Source: Candidatus Micrarchaeota archaeon
Lineage (GTDB): Archaea > Micrarchaeota > Micrarchaeia > Anstonellales > JAGGVH01
Direction of reading: 5' to 3'
Length of the DNA stretch: 64,000 bases
Assembly: GCA_021158105.1 (NCBI GenBank)
Contig: JAGGVH010000038.1
Coordinates: 11,387-75,386 of the forward strand
The number at the start of each line of letters is the position of its first letter. Positions within the stretch are counted from its first letter, which is position 1. Below, piece after piece: positions 8,539 to 18,639 of the stretch. The notes beneath the pieces were generated by a model that was not told the origin of the DNA, made no database searches, and saw only the letters and a program-made list of their open reading frames with translations. A program made the position numbers and the translations under genes.

Positions 8539-11441
8539 GGAAAAACTGCATGTTAAGTATTATACTTATAATAACACTCTTGACAATGTTAATGCTTGTC
8601 CATACTATGCACGCAACAGGTTATGAAATCTGCGACAATGGTATTGATGATAATGGTAACGGGGAAACTGACGAGTCAGACTGCATACCTGAAAGCATGA
8701 GCGATTATGTTAACAGGATATATTCTGAATGTCAATCAAACTGCTCATTCACTCCAGAATGTGAATACCTTGATATATGTAACTATACCCACAACCATTA
8801 TTGTGCATGGCCCGGTGAAATTGGACAAACATATACAATAACATTCGATGACGGAACTACTACAACTGTCTCAGATTGTGAGAATGATTGTACAGATGGT
8901 CATGATGATGACGGTGACGGGTTGATCGATTGTTCTGACCCGGATTGTATGGGCAGGGAATGTGATTGGTGTGTATTATATGATGATGAGACTCGGATAT
9001 ACTATGATGATGGAGGTATAGGACCTGGACTAGGAGTTGTTTATGCAGACGGTCGTAGAGTAGAAAGTCGGGTAGAAACTAGAATATGTACTGCTCCTGG
9101 CCAACGCAATAATAGTGAAAAAGGACATTGTGATGACAACTTTGATAATGATGGTGATGCATACAATCAACTGTACTACAAAGAAATTGGAACAGGATAT
9201 ATAATGATATATCCTCAATCCGCACCGGTTGACTGTGTAGACTCAGACTGTTATCTTGATCCAATTTGCTGCGGTGATCATGTTTGCAGACCGCACGAGC
9301 AATGCCCTGCAGATTGTGTTAATGAAACATGGTGTCATGATGGTGTTGACAATGACGGTGACCATTTGATTGACTGTGACGACCCTGACTGTAATTCATA
9401 CTTCTTATGCCAAGGGATACACTTTGAATGCCCAACTGGCAACTGCTCAGTTGACATGATTCATGAGATTGAACAGGGCAACCTGTTCCCGTTCAGTCCT
9501 GCGATCAACAGCATGTTAATGGACTGGAAACTTGTATCAGTAATCCTAATCATGTTAGCACTGGTCATCATTGCACTGATTTACATGGCAGGAACAACAT
9601 TCCAAAACCCGCAACTTATTGCGTTTGCAAAACATGAGCTTGGCCAGGTCATTGTGTCAGCAATCTTCTTAGCAATCATAATAGGTGTATTGTTATTATT
9701 AGAAGTTGTATCGTCATACGTCGGCGAACAGGTGTTCGGGTCAGAGTTTGTTTTCACGTCTAACATGAGCAAACATTTTACGATTGCACACATTTATATT
9801 GAGAATGTTAAGGACGTTGGTGTTACAAAGAGCATAGAACTGTTAAAAGAGAATGTTAAGCTTGGCAAACAGATGACACATAGGAAAGGATGGTCTTTGC
9901 AAACATATCCTTATATTTCATATTCCCAAGCACCTGATGCAGGATATAGAATGAAGTATGAAAGGAATAACCAGATCATGCAAGCATACTCTGGCATGAT
10001 TTCAGCATTGAGCGTCCAGGATGCAGTCCTGAGAGGGTTTGCATGGGTGATCGGCCCGTTGCTTATCATGCTTGGAATAATATTCAGGTCATTCTCGTTC
10101 ACGCGTAAGATTGGTGGCATGCTGCTCGCAGCAGGATTAGGTTTATTCTTTGTTTATCCGTTGACATACTCGCTTGCACTGTTTACTCTTGCAACAACAA
10201 TCTATGGCAATTCGCATGCCATGCCACCGCCCACTGACTGCCCAAGCGAATGCTTAATGGAGCTTCCTATTGCATACAACGGGTCAACAAAGTATTACCA
10301 AGAAGACCTGCTCAACCTAACACCGTCTGGCCATTTCTGGAACGACCCTGAAGCAAAAGAGCATATGAAGGATTTAGGATTAAAGTTCTGTGATGATAAC
10401 ATAACTGAAGGCGGATGTTGTCATAATGACATGTGCAATGATACTCAATCGTGCCCGCGGGAATGCAGGAACAAGCCTTTGATGGGCAACCAGTGCGGAT
10501 GCCCATTTGAAGGTTGCGGGAACTGTCCTGATGAATGTAAGATTGTAAGGAACATGAGCGCGTGCACAGACAGACAAACAAGGTTTGTTGAGGACTATTG
10601 CCCTCAAACATTATGCCCTGACGAGTGCAAAAAAGACATAACTGATGCAATAAACGGTAACGAAAGCGGGTGTGGGAATTGCCCGTGGATGTGCAGATGG
10701 CAAGATGATTCTACAACAGGGTGGAACATCTCAACAGACCCAATATGCAAAAATTATGCAAGTGATTGTATAGGGTGTGATGCTAAGTATAAAATGCCAA
10801 ACACAAATGTAATAGAAAAACAATGTGAAGACAACTGTACATGTCCACATTATGACAGGATATTACACGGAGATCACCCATTACCTGGCCACACAAGAAC
10901 AAATTGTGGCAGTTGTCCTGATGACTGCAAGTATGACATGCGTTTTGACCAGTGGCACTTCACATGCGAAGATGCATGCACCTACATTAACGAGACAACT
11001 GATGAAGAAGTAGTGTGTCCTGACGAGTGCAGGTTTGACGAGCAATACATGGCACCTGAATGTTTTGATAATGATTCAATAATCAAAGCATGTGAAAACT
11101 GTCCAAAGTATTGCAAGGTTATGGAAGTTAAACGAACACCGTGCTCAGCATGCATACAATGCAACAATGACTGCACACGAAAACCTGCAGTGCGCACTGA
11201 CTGTGCAGGGTCATGCTTAGCATATGAGGGCGAGTTTACATTAAACCCAGCAGTCCTGGTCAAAGACCTTAGCAAGGTTGCTGCTGACGGCGACCCTGAC
11301 CTGCAGGCAGCAGGGGTATTGATGGTGCCGGCATACATATTACCATTGTTTAATGTTATTTTAACATTAGCATTCATACGAGGGTTCTCCAAATATCTTG
11401 GTGGTGATTATGAAATCCCTGGGATTGAAAAGGTCATCTAA
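8535..11441 (+). CDS. Polytopic membrane protein A3 with Ca-binding-like CxDxxDxDxD repeats and a CPxxC-rich insert
   Basis: AFAKHELGQ, LGIIFRSFSFTRKIGG and LPLFN...LGGD, plus two large Cys-rich extracellular regions. Confidence 0.75.
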   Translation: MRKNCMLSIILIITLLTMLMLVHTMHATGYEICDNGIDDNGNGETDESDCIPESMSDYVNRIYSECQSNCSFTPECEYLDICNYTHNHYCAWPGEIGQTYTITFDDGTTTTVSDCENDCTDGHDDDGDGLIDCSDPDCMGRECDWCVLYDDETRIYYDDGGIGPGLGVVYADGRRVESRVETRICTAPGQRNNSEKGHCDDNFDNDGDAYNQLYYKEIGTGYIMIYPQSAPVDCVDSDCYLDPICCGDHVCRPHEQCPADCVNETWCHDGVDNDGDHLIDCDDPDCNSYFLCQGIHFECPTGNCSVDMIHEIEQGNLFPFSPAINSMLMDWKLVSVILIMLALVIIALIYMAGTTFQNPQLIAFAKHELGQVIVSAIFLAIIIGVLLLLEVVSSYVGEQVFGSEFVFTSNMSKHFTIAHIYIENVKDVGVTKSIELLKENVKLGKQMTHRKGWSLQTYPYISYSQAPDAGYRMKYERNNQIMQAYSGMISALSVQDAVLRGFAWVIGPLLIMLGIIFRSFSFTRKIGGMLLAAGLGLFFVYPLTYSLALFTLATTIYGNSHAMPPPTDCPSECLMELPIAYNGSTKYYQEDLLNLTPSGHFWNDPEAKEHMKDLGLKFCDDNITEGGCCHNDMCNDTQSCPRECRNKPLMGNQCGCPFEGCGNCPDECKIVRNMSACTDRQTRFVEDYCPQTLCPDECKKDITDAINGNESGCGNCPWMCRWQDDSTTGWNISTDPICKNYASDCIGCDAKYKMPNTNVIEKQCEDNCTCPHYDRILHGDHPLPGHTRTNCGSCPDDCKYDMRFDQWHFTCEDACTYINETTDEEVVCPDECRFDEQYMAPECFDNDSIIKACENCPKYCKVMEVKRTPCSACIQCNNDCTRKPAVRTDCAGSCLAYEGEFTLNPAVLVKDLSKVAADGDPDLQAAGVLMVPAYILPLFNVILTLAFIRGFSKYLGGDYEIPGIEKVI

Positions 11442-12513
11442 CATTAAACCTATAATAATGTTTATGCTGATTGTGACCAGTGTTAGCTTTGCAAGTTTTT
11501 GGGATTTATTCTTCTTCCCTATAAACAATTGGATGTTAGTGTCAACCATTGCAGTGTTATTATCAGGAGTGCTCTTAGCACTCACATACATGGTCGCACA
11601 ACTTATGAACAACCCTTATATGACAGCAGCAGTCAAGAATGAGCTTGTGCAATGGGCGATAACATCTTTCATTGTCATGGCGTTTGTTATAATACTTCCG
11701 TCCTTGCTGATGATAGTTGCTTCAGGAAGTTTATCTTTTGGACAGGAGTATACTCCACCAACTGGGTTAAGTGGTGAAGAAGTTGGACCGTCAGGTGTAC
11801 TTGTAACATATGTCCAATACGCTGCAGTAAACATAATCAATCAGACAACCGATAACCTCAAAAAATTAGCCAACAGTCTTGACCGTAGGATTCAAGAGGT
11901 CAGTGAACAATCTGCGATGACAGGAATATGCAACTTTTGGCAGGTAGGGTTTTCAATGAGTTTCTGTGGTGCGCTCGGTGCATTGCAAGGCCCGTTGACC
12001 AACGGGTTTAATGTTGTCAACATGGGAATCGCAGAACTTGAAATGTTAAAGGTGCTGGTTGTGATGGGTGGCAACATTGGACTGCTTATCCTGTTCCCTG
12101 CAGGCATAATCCTGCGAACATTTTCAATGACGCGCAAAACTGGCGGGATATTGATTGCATTGGGTTTGGCGCTCGGGATAATCTTACCATTGAGCGTAAT
12201 ATTCTTAAGGTTTACAGTTGACCAATACTATGCACATTACGGTGGGACTAGAATGTATCATGTCCCATATTTTTATGAACATGATGATGACACATGCGAC
12301 GAATTCTCTACAAACTATGACAAACACATGAAGGTTCCCATATATAGATATACTGATGAAGGTTTTCTGCTTAATGTGGCAGAACCGTTCATCTTAGAAT
12401 CTGTAATAATAACACTGGGCTCATTGTTTTTCACATTAACATTCATTACTTCAATGGGTGCACTGTTTGGTATGCCTGTTGACGTATCAGGACTTGTGAG
12501 GTTAGTGCAATGA
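11410..12513 (+). CDS. Polytopic membrane protein A4 (same family)
   Basis: VKNELVQ and FPAGIILRTFSMTRKTGG. SD GGTGGTGA precedes ATG 11410. Confidence 0.7.
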   Translation: MKSLGLKRSSNIKPIIMFMLIVTSVSFASFWDLFFFPINNWMLVSTIAVLLSGVLLALTYMVAQLMNNPYMTAAVKNELVQWAITSFIVMAFVIILPSLLMIVASGSLSFGQEYTPPTGLSGEEVGPSGVLVTYVQYAAVNIINQTTDNLKKLANSLDRRIQEVSEQSAMTGICNFWQVGFSMSFCGALGALQGPLTNGFNVVNMGIAELEMLKVLVVMGGNIGLLILFPAGIILRTFSMTRKTGGILIALGLALGIILPLSVIFLRFTVDQYYAHYGGTRMYHVPYFYEHDDDTCDEFSTNYDKHMKVPIYRYTDEGFLLNVAEPFILESVIITLGSLFFTLTFITSMGALFGMPVDVSGLVRLVQ

Positions 12514-13646
12514 AAAGGGTTATGATATTATTATTGATGATAAACATAACAAATGCAACATTCTGTGAAGTGCCAGAGGCAAACTCATGGCTGTTACCAG
12601 TGTTCATTGCATTATTCATTGGACTTTTGTTGTCAATCATTGGATACTTTGTAAGCTTATTCTTAAACTCTCCAAAAATGGCGGCATGGGCAAAGGTTGA
12701 AGTCAGTCATCTGGGTACTGCAGCGTTTGTTGCAATATTAATATATGGTGTGATGACATTTTCATGTGATAATAATGCAACACTGGTCTTAGGCGCGTCG
12801 TTCTGGCCCACACCATATAACGAATCGATAACTCCTCAAAACTTCTTTAATGCATCAGCAGACTACTTTGACGGAGTAGCAAATACATCTTATAAAGCAA
12901 TAAAAATGATGAGGTATAACTTAGCAGTGGCTTATGTTCGCGCGTCAATCAGCGCGTTCGGTTCACACCCGCACAGTGGTGGAGCATACGGAATAATACA
13001 ATTGTTGGGTGGGCCGTCAACGTCATGGTCAAAGTTCCCTGATGCTTATGTCCAGGTTTCAATGTTTCAGATGGTGCTGCGCACTGCAACTGTTGCATTC
13101 TTTAACATATTGTTCTTGAAAGCAGTGTTTTCATACATATCAACAGGCGTGTTAACAGTAATGCTGCCAGCAGGGATAGTACTCTATGCAATCCCGTTGA
13201 CAAAAAACATTGGTGGTGCACTCATAGCATTAGCAGTCGGCCTGTTTGTGTTCTATCCTGCAATGTTTGCAATATTAGACATTTATTGGCTACCGTATGT
13301 CCAGAGCGAATGGGAGGTTGCTGACGTTCCAACATTAACAGAAGTTACAGGGTTTACATCCCACATTGCACTCAGTGACTTAGTAAGTGCTGACGTGTGG
13401 GACTGGTGCAAACAACCTGAATATATCTACCCAGTAGGCACATATTCAACATGCGACAGCGGTGATACTGGATTTAATAATTGTTATATAAGAATTTATG
13501 ACTTTATGAGTTATACAGGAATATTGACATTGTCAACAGTATTCTTCCCATACCTTGCAATAATCGTGGCGGGCGCATTGACAAGGGAAGTATCAAAAAT
13601 CATGGGGCAGGAGCTTGACATAACACGACTGGCAACCATGTTGTAG
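12510..13646 (+). CDS. Polytopic membrane protein A5 (same family)
   Basis: AWAKVEV and LPAGIVLYAIPLTKNIGG. ATGA overlap with A4. Confidence 0.7.
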   Translation: MKRVMILLLMINITNATFCEVPEANSWLLPVFIALFIGLLLSIIGYFVSLFLNSPKMAAWAKVEVSHLGTAAFVAILIYGVMTFSCDNNATLVLGASFWPTPYNESITPQNFFNASADYFDGVANTSYKAIKMMRYNLAVAYVRASISAFGSHPHSGGAYGIIQLLGGPSTSWSKFPDAYVQVSMFQMVLRTATVAFFNILFLKAVFSYISTGVLTVMLPAGIVLYAIPLTKNIGGALIALAVGLFVFYPAMFAILDIYWLPYVQSEWEVADVPTLTEVTGFTSHIALSDLVSADVWDWCKQPEYIYPVGTYSTCDSGDTGFNNCYIRIYDFMSYTGILTLSTVFFPYLAIIVAGALTREVSKIMGQELDITRLATML

Positions 13647-13660
13647 AATTGGGTGGTGAG

Positions 13661-14746
13661 ATGAGGAAGGCATTATTGTTTTTGTTTGTGCTCGGAACAG
13701 TACTGTTTGCACAGGTTGACACAGGCGTAGAATTTAACCAGACAGGTAACGTTTCAACAATGTTGGGGATCAATACACCACCCGGCAGCAGTAGTTATGG
13801 GTGGGCATTGTATGCAATCCTATCATTATTCTTTGTCCTCATGCTTGCTGCGATAGTTTATATGTTAGGAAAATCGTTCAATATACCACAGGCAGAAGCA
13901 TGGGCAAAGGTTGAATTATTAAACATCTTTGGCTCGTTCTTGTTGCTCATTATGATATTAGTAATATTGAACGCAATATATTCAGTGTTTATGGGTTCAA
14001 TGCTGCAAGGCAGTGCATACTGTTTAAAAGAGGGGTATGACGGCAATCATACTATGGACTTTGCAATGTGTAAGGTGCAGGCGCAGATTACTACGCTTGA
14101 CAACCTATGGGCACAGGCTAATGAAGCCAACAAACCACAAGAGGTTGAAGCATCAACATGTTATTCATTATGGGGGCTTACATTATGGTGCGGGGATTGG
14201 TACGGTGACCTGAGGCAGAGGATCGAATCTGCACATTATGTCGGCACAAAAGTTTTAGGGTTGCTGATCCCGTTGCACGCAGAATTTGTCTTGATGCGGT
14301 ACATTGCACAGAACATGTTGGCAGTGTTCTTGCCACTGGGAATCGTACTGCGATGTTTTCCGCCAACCCGTGGACCGGCAGGGTTATTGATTGCGATGAG
14401 TATAGGATTATACTTTGTGTTCCCAGCATTAAACTTTGTCCTTGACCCGTCAACCACACAACCACAGATTGACCAGCCAATAACAAATCAAAAGACTGAT
14501 TATGCATGTTTCCAGGGGTTTAAGAATACCATAACACAAATACAGTATGAAACAGACGTTGAACAGTCACAAATAATGACATATTCCTATGAACAGGCGG
14601 CTGACATAATCGCAGATATTACAATAACAGGACTGTTCTATCCGATGGTGGCGTTTGCGGGTGCTGTGATGTTTATTTATGTCACTGCACCGTTCTTCGG
14701 TGGTGAAGTCATGGACTTCTACAGAGTAGTCAGTAAGATGGTATAG
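13661..14746 (+). CDS. Polytopic membrane protein A6 (same family)
   Basis: AWAKVELLN, LPLGIVLRCFPPTRGPAG and FFGGE. SD GGTGGTGAG. Confidence 0.7.
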   Translation: MRKALLFLFVLGTVLFAQVDTGVEFNQTGNVSTMLGINTPPGSSSYGWALYAILSLFFVLMLAAIVYMLGKSFNIPQAEAWAKVELLNIFGSFLLLIMILVILNAIYSVFMGSMLQGSAYCLKEGYDGNHTMDFAMCKVQAQITTLDNLWAQANEANKPQEVEASTCYSLWGLTLWCGDWYGDLRQRIESAHYVGTKVLGLLIPLHAEFVLMRYIAQNMLAVFLPLGIVLRCFPPTRGPAGLLIAMSIGLYFVFPALNFVLDPSTTQPQIDQPITNQKTDYACFQGFKNTITQIQYETDVEQSQIMTYSYEQAADIIADITITGLFYPMVAFAGAVMFIYVTAPFFGGEVMDFYRVVSKMV

Positions 14747-14754
14747 GTGGTATC

Positions 14755-17700
14755 ATGAAAAGATTATTGATCATTGGACTGTTGGTTGTTATGTTTTTTA
14801 TATTGGGCTGTGGCAACAAGCCGGCCTATGTGCCGTGCTGTGTTAATGTCAGTGATACAATTACTTGTTATTATGGTGAAGACCATTTCACAGTCGACCC
14901 TGCGAACTGTACAGGTGAAGGAGTTAACATGACATGCAATGCAACAAACATTGACATCAACGGGACATTAATGAATTTTACTAACATGCGCGCATGCAAC
15001 ACTGGCAAGGAAAACCCGTGCGTTCACCACGGGTGTTATGCAATGGTGTGCGGGGAAAGTTATTATGACCCGAGGGAAGACCCGAGCTATTGTATGCTTG
15101 TCAAGAATCAGACTATAACACCTAACACTAATGCACCAACTGGGCTGTACGGGTCAAAGTGTGCATTCTATGAACTTGATGAGATTACACAAAAAAAACT
15201 TAACAAGGGCGCATGGGTCAATTCGTTCCGCGCAGGAGTTGGAGAAAATTATGATGACTTTGAAGAGGCGAAGTGGTATTTCCCAATAACTGACAGGTTG
15301 ACTTATGCAAACCCGTCAGGGTTTGTTGACAGGTATGCAAACTATCTTCCAGGTAGGCAGAGTCCGTGGTTTCATAAGAAGGAAGATTTTGTAAATATCA
15401 TAAAATTCCAAACCGGTGCAGGCCTGTGCGAACTTAACACTTCGCTCAATGCTTATGTGTGCGCGCTTGAACCAGACATAAAAGTTTACTTGGACGCATA
15501 CCATGGTGCAAAAGGCACTGCACAGGCATGGTGCAACCATCTATGTTTTCACATGACACAGAATAATGTGTCAAAGTGCACTGCAGATGTTCCAGAGGGA
15601 TGGCGGGCACCATGGTTAGCTACATCATACATATATTATCCTGGGGGTATTAATGATTATCCTGATTTTAATACTACAATTCCAGAGTATAGCTTCACTT
15701 TACCTTATTTATATAGAAATTATACAGGATTTGAATATGTAGAGTTCTGGGCATGGGGATATGAAAATGAATTGGAGAAGGGAATGGTGAGGACATCTAT
15801 CGGAGTGGGAGATGACGGTGACCCCTACTACGAGAACACCAGCGGTTGGACAGACGGAAAAGGCACACCGCACATCGGCATGCCATTTGAATGCCTTAAA
15901 CACAGCGACTGCATATCAGGACACTGCACGTGGAATGAATATAAACGGTTCTCATGTGTTGATAAAAATACTGGCAAGGAGATTGACTGCGGGATTGAAC
16001 TTGATTATGAAGACAAGCCAGTGTTCAGAACAATTCAGACTTATGTAAGATGGCATAAATATAATGATTGGGAGGACACCGAGGAAGATGTGGTGGGGGG
16101 TTTGGCAAACGGTGATACCACACTAGTTTCACAAGGCTGCCCACCAAGGGAAAGTGGCGGGGGTTGTGATGATATTACAACTGTTGATGTTGATGAACCG
16201 TTAGTTCCTGGTTCTTCAGGAGTTGTAGAATTCAGAACAAATGAAGACCCTCACAATTTAAAATTTATTAAAGCATGTAATATGACAGAAGGAACGGATT
16301 ATGATTATGAAGTGATAAGTTATGACCATAAAGACTGGATTGATGATCCTCATGAAGGAAACATGTGGGCAGAAGTTTGTTATAATTTAATACCTTATTG
16401 GTGGCAATGCAGAGATTGGTTGGATAATGAGTGGGATAGTAGTGATTATTGTAGTTTTCCATCAAATTATGTTGCAGGAAACTGTGATTTAATACCACAT
16501 TCCACCCATATTTGCGATGCAGATACAAATACAGGGGGGTGGTGTAGTTCAACCAGTCCCATATGGGCTGGGTGTCACCCTTACTCAGGTGATTTAACTG
16601 TGTGTAGTATATGTAATAGACATAGTTGTAAAATGTATGCTAACACATATTGTAAAGTCTATGATAATATATTAAATTCATACGTTCCAGGGAGTTATGA
16701 AAAGGAAAGTGGACAATGTGATGGATGGCAGGACGTTCACGGCCGTTTTGCACGGTATAAAGTTATTATCCATTCATTCGGCAGATGTGAAATGGAGAAC
16801 AAAAGTATTGAAGGCGAAGATAAAACAGTTGTAAAGGTTAACAAGTTTGGATGGTGCGAACCTGCAACATTCTTAGGGTTTGTAGTTGATTATTTGCCAC
16901 TTAATGATATTACTATAACAACAAATGGTGGGGATACTCCCTCAATTGAAAATGAAGATGCAGAAAAAGTAACAGATTATTTTGACAAGATTGCAAATTA
17001 CCAAAAGAATAATTTGATACCTGTCTTATTCTTAGAAGATGTAACAAAAGGATATTCATATTTTCATAATGCTGGGGAGAAATATTTTTCTACACTTTAT
17101 GAAATCCCAGACTATTGGTGTGGTGTGTGGACCAATACTGAATGGGGTTGTGGAAAAAATAATGTACATGTAGCTATGAAAGAAAGTGGATATAATTGGG
17201 GAACATGTAATACTGATTGTGGGAAAGTGAAAGGAACATTTAAATATGAATGCCAACCAACAATGTGGTTTACAAATGAAGTTGACCCATTAAGTTTTGA
17301 AACAGATGATAAACCATTCACATCAGGACATGCAGACAATATATGGGATAATAATCAACACATTTCAACATGGCATAAAAAGTGCACGACTGAACCACAC
17401 CCATTATTTCCAACAACCGGTGCAGCAATTATTGTTGTTGACAGGTTTAAACCCCATGGAAGTGGAAATAGAGATAATATTAACGAATCAATAGAGAGAG
17501 CACGGTTTGTTAAAAAGGAATGCCCATTATGCCTAACTGGTATTTATGTCGGCCAGAAGCACGGTACACAAGAAGGGATAAACAACAGAAAAAAATCTAT
17601 AGACTTATTGTTCAATTACGACCCAACAACAGAGAGGTATGATCATATGGTATCATCAGCATTTGACGTTGTCCTTCTTGAAATGCCTTCAAATGAAGGA

Positions 17701-18639
17701 ATAACTGAAAACAACTTTGCTGAGATGCTCAACGTTTCTAAACATCTTGTCCGCGCATTCAACAAACCATCAATCTGGGTGTTCTCAGAATCAAGCGCGC
17801 CTCCTGACTACGAATACCTGTTTGCTCACCAGCGCGAGCTGACAGATTCAGGAGTTATAGGGATAATCCACCTGCCATGGAAAAAGAATGGTGGGAGCAG
17901 CATTTACATGAACAAACCTGACAAAGGCACAACGTTCTGCTCATTCCAGAAAGGTGCCAATAAACTGATAAGGGTCAAGGTTGACTCAAATTATATGAAA
18001 GTTACAGCAATGAACAACACAGGATGCGAATGCCAACCGTGTGAACCAACAGAAATCTCAGCAGGCGTGTGCAATCCGATATGCGCTGACGGAAAATACT
18101 GTGACGGTTACACACCGGGCGCAGACGTCAAATGCTCAAGCGGCGGGGTGTGCGCACGAATGCAGAACTGCACACCGTGCACCAACATGACACAGTATTT
18201 GAGAGAACATGATGTTCCAGACCCGCACAACCCAGTTCATCATGGCCCGATAAACAATGTCAAGTATAACTGTTCAATACTCACGCCAAACGGTTCAGTA
18301 GTTGAAGGACCGAAAGGCAACTTTGACAATCTTTCAATACTATGGCCCGACGTGATTGCTTCACTACCGGATAGTTTTAGGTGTTGTGTTGTTGAGCCGC
18401 AGACACGGTCTCCTGTAACATTTATAAAGCAAAGTTACTCATCAACTGATAGCGAACTTGACATCTGGAACAGAAAAGCTGACGACGCAGTTGAATGCGG
18501 CAAACCACCGTCCGGCACAAACTGCACATGGTGCCAGGAGGTGCCGACTTTACCGATTGATAAGGGTGAACTGATATGCAACGTGATAGTGGAAAGGGAA
18601 AGCGGAAACGAAGTAATAGAACATGGAGAAGCATATTAA
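14755..18639 (+). CDS. Large Cys-rich secreted/lipoprotein-like surface protein, paralog of 35374-37890
   Basis: MKR-hydrophobic-LGC lipobox-like N-terminus, many Cys and NxS/T sequons. Blocks FRAGVG, IPVLFL, CPLCLTG, KPSIW and GVIGII are shared with the operon B protein. Confidence 0.65.
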   Translation: MKRLLIIGLLVVMFFILGCGNKPAYVPCCVNVSDTITCYYGEDHFTVDPANCTGEGVNMTCNATNIDINGTLMNFTNMRACNTGKENPCVHHGCYAMVCGESYYDPREDPSYCMLVKNQTITPNTNAPTGLYGSKCAFYELDEITQKKLNKGAWVNSFRAGVGENYDDFEEAKWYFPITDRLTYANPSGFVDRYANYLPGRQSPWFHKKEDFVNIIKFQTGAGLCELNTSLNAYVCALEPDIKVYLDAYHGAKGTAQAWCNHLCFHMTQNNVSKCTADVPEGWRAPWLATSYIYYPGGINDYPDFNTTIPEYSFTLPYLYRNYTGFEYVEFWAWGYENELEKGMVRTSIGVGDDGDPYYENTSGWTDGKGTPHIGMPFECLKHSDCISGHCTWNEYKRFSCVDKNTGKEIDCGIELDYEDKPVFRTIQTYVRWHKYNDWEDTEEDVVGGLANGDTTLVSQGCPPRESGGGCDDITTVDVDEPLVPGSSGVVEFRTNEDPHNLKFIKACNMTEGTDYDYEVISYDHKDWIDDPHEGNMWAEVCYNLIPYWWQCRDWLDNEWDSSDYCSFPSNYVAGNCDLIPHSTHICDADTNTGGWCSSTSPIWAGCHPYSGDLTVCSICNRHSCKMYANTYCKVYDNILNSYVPGSYEKESGQCDGWQDVHGRFARYKVIIHSFGRCEMENKSIEGEDKTVVKVNKFGWCEPATFLGFVVDYLPLNDITITTNGGDTPSIENEDAEKVTDYFDKIANYQKNNLIPVLFLEDVTKGYSYFHNAGEKYFSTLYEIPDYWCGVWTNTEWGCGKNNVHVAMKESGYNWGTCNTDCGKVKGTFKYECQPTMWFTNEVDPLSFETDDKPFTSGHADNIWDNNQHISTWHKKCTTEPHPLFPTTGAAIIVVDRFKPHGSGNRDNINESIERARFVKKECPLCLTGIYVGQKHGTQEGINNRKKSIDLLFNYDPTTERYDHMVSSAFDVVLLEMPSNEGITENNFAEMLNVSKHLVRAFNKPSIWVFSESSAPPDYEYLFAHQRELTDSGVIGIIHLPWKKNGGSSIYMNKPDKGTTFCSFQKGANKLIRVKVDSNYMKVTAMNNTGCECQPCEPTEISAGVCNPICADGKYCDGYTPGADVKCSSGGVCARMQNCTPCTNMTQYLREHDVPDPHNPVHHGPINNVKYNCSILTPNGSVVEGPKGNFDNLSILWPDVIASLPDSFRCCVVEPQTRSPVTFIKQSYSSTDSELDIWNRKADDAVECGKPPSGTNCTWCQEVPTLPIDKGELICNVIVERESGNEVIEHGEAY

